Shown here piece after piece: positions 60,470 to 64,000 of a stretch of 64,000 bases of DNA. Location of the stretch: positions 160,001-224,000 of the forward strand of contig CBDVDR010000002.1 in assembly GCA_965372795.1 (NCBI GenBank). Reading direction: 5' to 3'. Each line of letters opens with the position of its first letter. Within the stretch, counting starts at the first letter, position 1. Origin of the DNA: an uncultured bacterium (GTDB taxonomy: Bacteria; Zixibacteria; MSB-5A5; GN15; FEB-12). Both the position numbers and the translations under genes were made by a program. The notes under the pieces were generated by a model. The model saw only the letters and a list, made by a program, of their open reading frames with translations. It was not told the DNA's origin and did no database searches.

Positions 60470-61791
60470 TAAATGCTTTCTAATCTCTGGGCGACAAATT
60501 CAGCAAGTCGCTTATGCAAATCTTCCGGAGTTTGATTCAGGGTTGCCTCAGCAAAACCGCTGACAATCATTTTCACCGCTTCTTTTTTTGAAATCCCTCG
60601 GGCGTTGAGATAAAAGATTGATTCATCATCAATCGGTCCGATGGTTGCACCATGGGAACAACTGACATCCTCATTTAGAATCTCAAGTTCGGGGATAGTC
60701 TCCACGTTTGGTCCGCGGTTGAGTAAAAGATTACGATTTTCCTGATACGCCTCACAGGTTTTGGCATCATTTTCAATTCTGATTAAACCGGTATAGGCGG
60801 ATAAGGCTTTGTCTTTCAGCACAACTTTCAGGTTAATATTAGAAGTTGTTTTGCCTGCAGAATGATGATGCAAAGTATGATTATCAAAGTGCTGTCTGGC
60901 AGAGCCGAATATAAAGCCATACATATTACTATCAGCACCTTCACCGGCAAGGTTGACACCAAAATTTTGTTTATTCAAAGCGGCGCCAAAGACAAGCGGG
61001 ATAGTAAGCATTCGGGCATCTTTTTCGATTTTTGCTCTATGAGTTAAAAACGAATTAGTTGCCATTCCCTGTCTTTGAAGAGAGATATACCTGATCAGAC
61101 TATTTTGTAGTCCGAAAATCTCAACCGCACAGTTGGCAAAACTGAAGGCATTGTCTAAATCGGAAGAACCGCCCGCATATTCATCAATAAGGGTCAGTTC
61201 GGAATTTTCATCAGCAACGACCAGTAACCGATGAAATGTTGCTGATGAATTTCCACCAGCTTCTCTAAAGAGATGGATAGGTTTATCAATCGTAATACCT
61301 TTTGGAATAAACAGGAAAATGCCGTCATTCCATAAGGCACCGTTCATAGCTTCAAATTTACCAGAGTCTTTGTTTATAAGCTGGTATAAATACGGTTCTA
61401 CCAGAGTATGATGTTTTTCAATAGCATCGGAAAGGGAGCAGGCAATGACTCCTTTTGCCAGTACATCATCCATGCCAATAAATTTAATTTCACGACCGCC
61501 AAAGTCAGTAACCAGACCGGCAATTGAACCGTTTTCAAGTTGAGACTTGGCAATTTTGGCAACTGTTTCGTTTTTATCATTAAAGGCGGTATCGCTTACG
61601 GAGTTGAAATCGAACATGAATTTGTTCGGATCAGTATATCGCCATAAATGTACACCGCGAGGGGGGAGAGGCGACTCGTTGAAGAGTTCTCTCGATTGGT
61701 GGCGTTTTTCACGCAACCATAATGAACCTCGGGATAGTTCCGGAGAAAGTTCCGGGATTATAACTTCATTATTTTTGATGTCTTTATTCAT
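60469..61791 (-). CDS. sufD: Fe-S cluster assembly protein SufD
   Basis: WRYT, PELEILNEDVSCSHGAT, FYLNARGI; operon context. Confidence 0.92.
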   Translation of the reverse strand: MNKDIKNNEVIIPELSPELSRGSLWLREKRHQSRELFNESPLPPRGVHLWRYTDPNKFMFDFNSVSDTAFNDKNETVAKIAKSQLENGSIAGLVTDFGGREIKFIGMDDVLAKGVIACSLSDAIEKHHTLVEPYLYQLINKDSGKFEAMNGALWNDGIFLFIPKGITIDKPIHLFREAGGNSSATFHRLLVVADENSELTLIDEYAGGSSDLDNAFSFANCAVEIFGLQNSLIRYISLQRQGMATNSFLTHRAKIEKDARMLTIPLVFGAALNKQNFGVNLAGEGADSNMYGFIFGSARQHFDNHTLHHHSAGKTTSNINLKVVLKDKALSAYTGLIRIENDAKTCEAYQENRNLLLNRGPNVETIPELEILNEDVSCSHGATIGPIDDESIFYLNARGISKKEAVKMIVSGFAEATLNQTPEDLHKRLAEFVAQRLESI

Positions 61792-61794
61792 AAA

Positions 61795-63228
61795 TTATCC
61801 TATTGAACCTTCCATCTCAAGCTCGATTAACCGATTAAGTTCGACCGCATATTCCAAAGGCAGTTCTTTGGTAAAGGGTTCCATAAATCCATTCACAATT
61901 AACAAGCGGGCTTCATCTTCGGTCAAGCCGCGACTGGTCAGATAAAAGAGCTGTTCTTCAGCAACTTTTGAAACCCGAGCTTCATGTTCAACCCTAACTT
62001 GATCGTTATCAATTTCCATAGTTGGATAAGTGTCCGAACGAGCTTCATTGCCAATTAATAAAGCATCACATTCAACAGACACTTTGGAGTTCTTGGCATT
62101 TTTGTGGATTTTGACAAGACCACGGTAGGAAGCCCGGCCGTTATCTTTTGAGATAGATTTTGAAGTAACTCTTGATGATGTATTCGGAGCGGCATGGATT
62201 ACTTTCGAACCGGCATCCTGATGCTGGTCAATTCCTGCAAAAGCTACCGAAAGAATTTCACCTCTTGCACCTTCACCCAAAAGCTGGATGCAAGGGTATT
62301 TCATTGTCAATCTTGAGCCAAGATTACCATCAACCCATTCGACCGTTGCATTTTTATAAGCAGCCGCTCTTTTGGTGACCAGATTAAAGATATTCCGTGA
62401 CCAGTTTTGAATCGTTGTATATCTGATGTATGAGTTTTCTTCCGCTCTTAGTTCTACTACTGCAGAGTGGAGCGAACTTGAGGAATAAACCGGTGCCGTA
62501 CAACCTTCAATGTAATGAACCTTTGAATCTTTATCAGCAATAATCAGGGTTCTTTCGAATTGACCCATATTTTCAGCGTTAATTCTGAAGTATGCCTGCA
62601 GCGGAGCTTTCACATCAATGCCCGGAGGGACATAAATGAATGAACCACCCGACCATACGGCAGTATTTAAAGCCGCAAATTTATTGTCAGCCGATGGAAT
62701 GACTGATCCGAAGTATTTATGAACAACTTCTTCTTGTTCTCTCAAAGCACTATCCATGTCAAGAAAGATGATACCTTGTTTTACTAAATCTTCTTTCATG
62801 GAGTGATAGACAACTTCCGATTCATATTGAGCCGAAACACCGCCCAAAAACTTCTGTTCAGCTTCGGGGATGCCTAATTTGTCAAACGTGTTTTTAATAT
62901 ATTCAGGCACGTCATCCCAGTTATCTTCTGTTTTTTCTACCGGCTTCATGTAGTAATAAATATTATCAAAATCGATTTCGCTAATGAGATCAGTATTACC
63001 CCATTTAGGATTCGGTTTGGAATAAAAAATGTCGAGAGCTTCGTGACGTTTTTCAGCCATCCATTTCGGCTCTTTTTTCTTTTGAGAAATCATTTCCACA
63101 ACTTCATGGCTCAGACCTTTTGCACCTTTGTGGAAATAATCAACAGGATCGTGGAAACCATACTTGGTTGCATAGTCCTGATTTAGATTAGCAAGGTCTT
63201 TGTTTCTATTCTTTATTTTTTCAGACAT
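61795..63228 (-). CDS. sufB: Fe-S cluster assembly protein SufB
   Basis: [30 protein letters not shown] and HEA motifs; ATG at 63228. Confidence 0.96.
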   Translation of the reverse strand: MSEKIKNRNKDLANLNQDYATKYGFHDPVDYFHKGAKGLSHEVVEMISQKKKEPKWMAEKRHEALDIFYSKPNPKWGNTDLISEIDFDNIYYYMKPVEKTEDNWDDVPEYIKNTFDKLGIPEAEQKFLGGVSAQYESEVVYHSMKEDLVKQGIIFLDMDSALREQEEVVHKYFGSVIPSADNKFAALNTAVWSGGSFIYVPPGIDVKAPLQAYFRINAENMGQFERTLIIADKDSKVHYIEGCTAPVYSSSSLHSAVVELRAEENSYIRYTTIQNWSRNIFNLVTKRAAAYKNATVEWVDGNLGSRLTMKYPCIQLLGEGARGEILSVAFAGIDQHQDAGSKVIHAAPNTSSRVTSKSISKDNGRASYRGLVKIHKNAKNSKVSVECDALLIGNEARSDTYPTMEIDNDQVRVEHEARVSKVAEEQLFYLTSRGLTEDEARLLIVNGFMEPFTKELPLEYAVELNRLIELEMEGSIG

Positions 63229-63229
63229 G

Positions 63230-64000
63230 TTAAGCTCCAATAGCCTGGTCTTTGACGTTTGTAACCCAATCGTAACCTTGATCTTCAAGTTTCAAGGCAA
63301 GTTCCGGTCCGCCCGAGGTGACAAATTTGCCATCCACCATGACATGAACGTAATCAGGTTTAACATAATTTAAAAGACGCTGATAATGGGTTATGAGAAG
63401 TATTGCATTATTGTCATTGTGGTATCGGTTGATACCTTCTGACACTACTTTTAATGCATCGATATCGAGCCCGGAATCAGTTTCATCAAGTAAAGATACT
63501 TTTGGATTCAGCATAGACATTTGAAGAATTTCCACTCTTTTTTTCTCGCCGCCGGAAAATCCGTCATTTATGTAACGGGTTGCAAAAGCCGGATCAACGG
63601 AAAGGTCAGCCATTTCTTTTTTCAGACGTTTTCTGAAATCAGACATATCGGCATCGGCTCCACGGTGAGCTTGTACAGCGGCTCTTAAAAAGTTAGCGAC
63701 TGATACACCGGGGATAGCCAGCGGATATTGAAAGGCAAGAAACAAGCCGGAGCGTGAGCGTTCATCAGCAGACATATCAAGAACTGATTTACCTTCAATG
63801 AAAACTTCACCTTTAGTGATTTGATAAGACGGGTGTCCCATCAAAGCGTTTGAAAGTGAAGATTTGCCGGAACCATTCGGTCCCATAATGGCATGAATTT
63901 CTCCGGGATACATTGCCAGAGAAACACCATTAACTATTTTTTTACCTTCTATTTCTACATGAACATCTTTGAATTCAAAGATTGCTTTTCTATCTGACAT
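63230..64000 (-). CDS. sufC: Fe-S cluster assembly ATPase SufC
   Basis: [24 protein letters not shown] and LDETDSGLD motifs; ATG at the window edge. Confidence 0.96.
   Translation of the reverse strand: MSDRKAIFEFKDVHVEIEGKKIVNGVSLAMYPGEIHAIMGPNGSGKSSLSNALMGHPSYQITKGEVFIEGKSVLDMSADERSRSGLFLAFQYPLAIPGVSVANFLRAAVQAHRGADADMSDFRKRLKKEMADLSVDPAFATRYINDGFSGGEKKRVEILQMSMLNPKVSLLDETDSGLDIDALKVVSEGINRYHNDNNAILLITHYQRLLNYVKPDYVHVMVDGKFVTSGGPELALKLEDQGYDWVTNVKDQAIGA

Noticed and set aside
58085..64000. SUF operon with SufU and Rieske ferredoxin as a novelty
   Set aside because: Well-known arrangement.

Overview
Gene-dense, AT-rich bacterial chromosome segment from a diderm. PorV-like barrels, a FlgD-Ig/T9SS-type C-terminal domain and tol-pal suggest an FCB-group lineage such as candidate Zixibacteria (inference only). 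Most of the window is housekeeping: smpB-amidase-murI-rdgB, ligA, tolQRAB-pal-cpoB, ppdK, ADP-forming acyl-CoA synthetase, gltX, nadA, E2-lipB, a MacAB-type ABC exporter and sufCBD-Rieske-sufSU-sufT. The stand-out region is 23.1-38.6 kb. There, an orphan GlmL/MutL-like ASKHA ATPase operon (ATPase, anchored exported protein, barrel-sandwich/KOW protein) is divergently transcribed from three tandem paralogous copies of an uncharacterised four-gene membrane cassette (A-B-C-D). Subunits A and C look like distant homologues with opposite membrane topology. Other notable items are a missed selenoprotein peroxiredoxin (in-frame UGA at the catalytic position plus a candidate SECIS), a missed rubredoxin-like gene, a PhaR-phasin fusion with its own palindromic operator and an internal ribosome-binding site, a chemoreceptor with both a c-heme motif and a CZB domain, a lipoprotein with a dense array of D-(S/T) sequons, and a short uORF coupled to tolQ. 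No rRNA, tRNA, CRISPR array or transposase was seen. All family calls come from reading motifs by eye, not from database searches.
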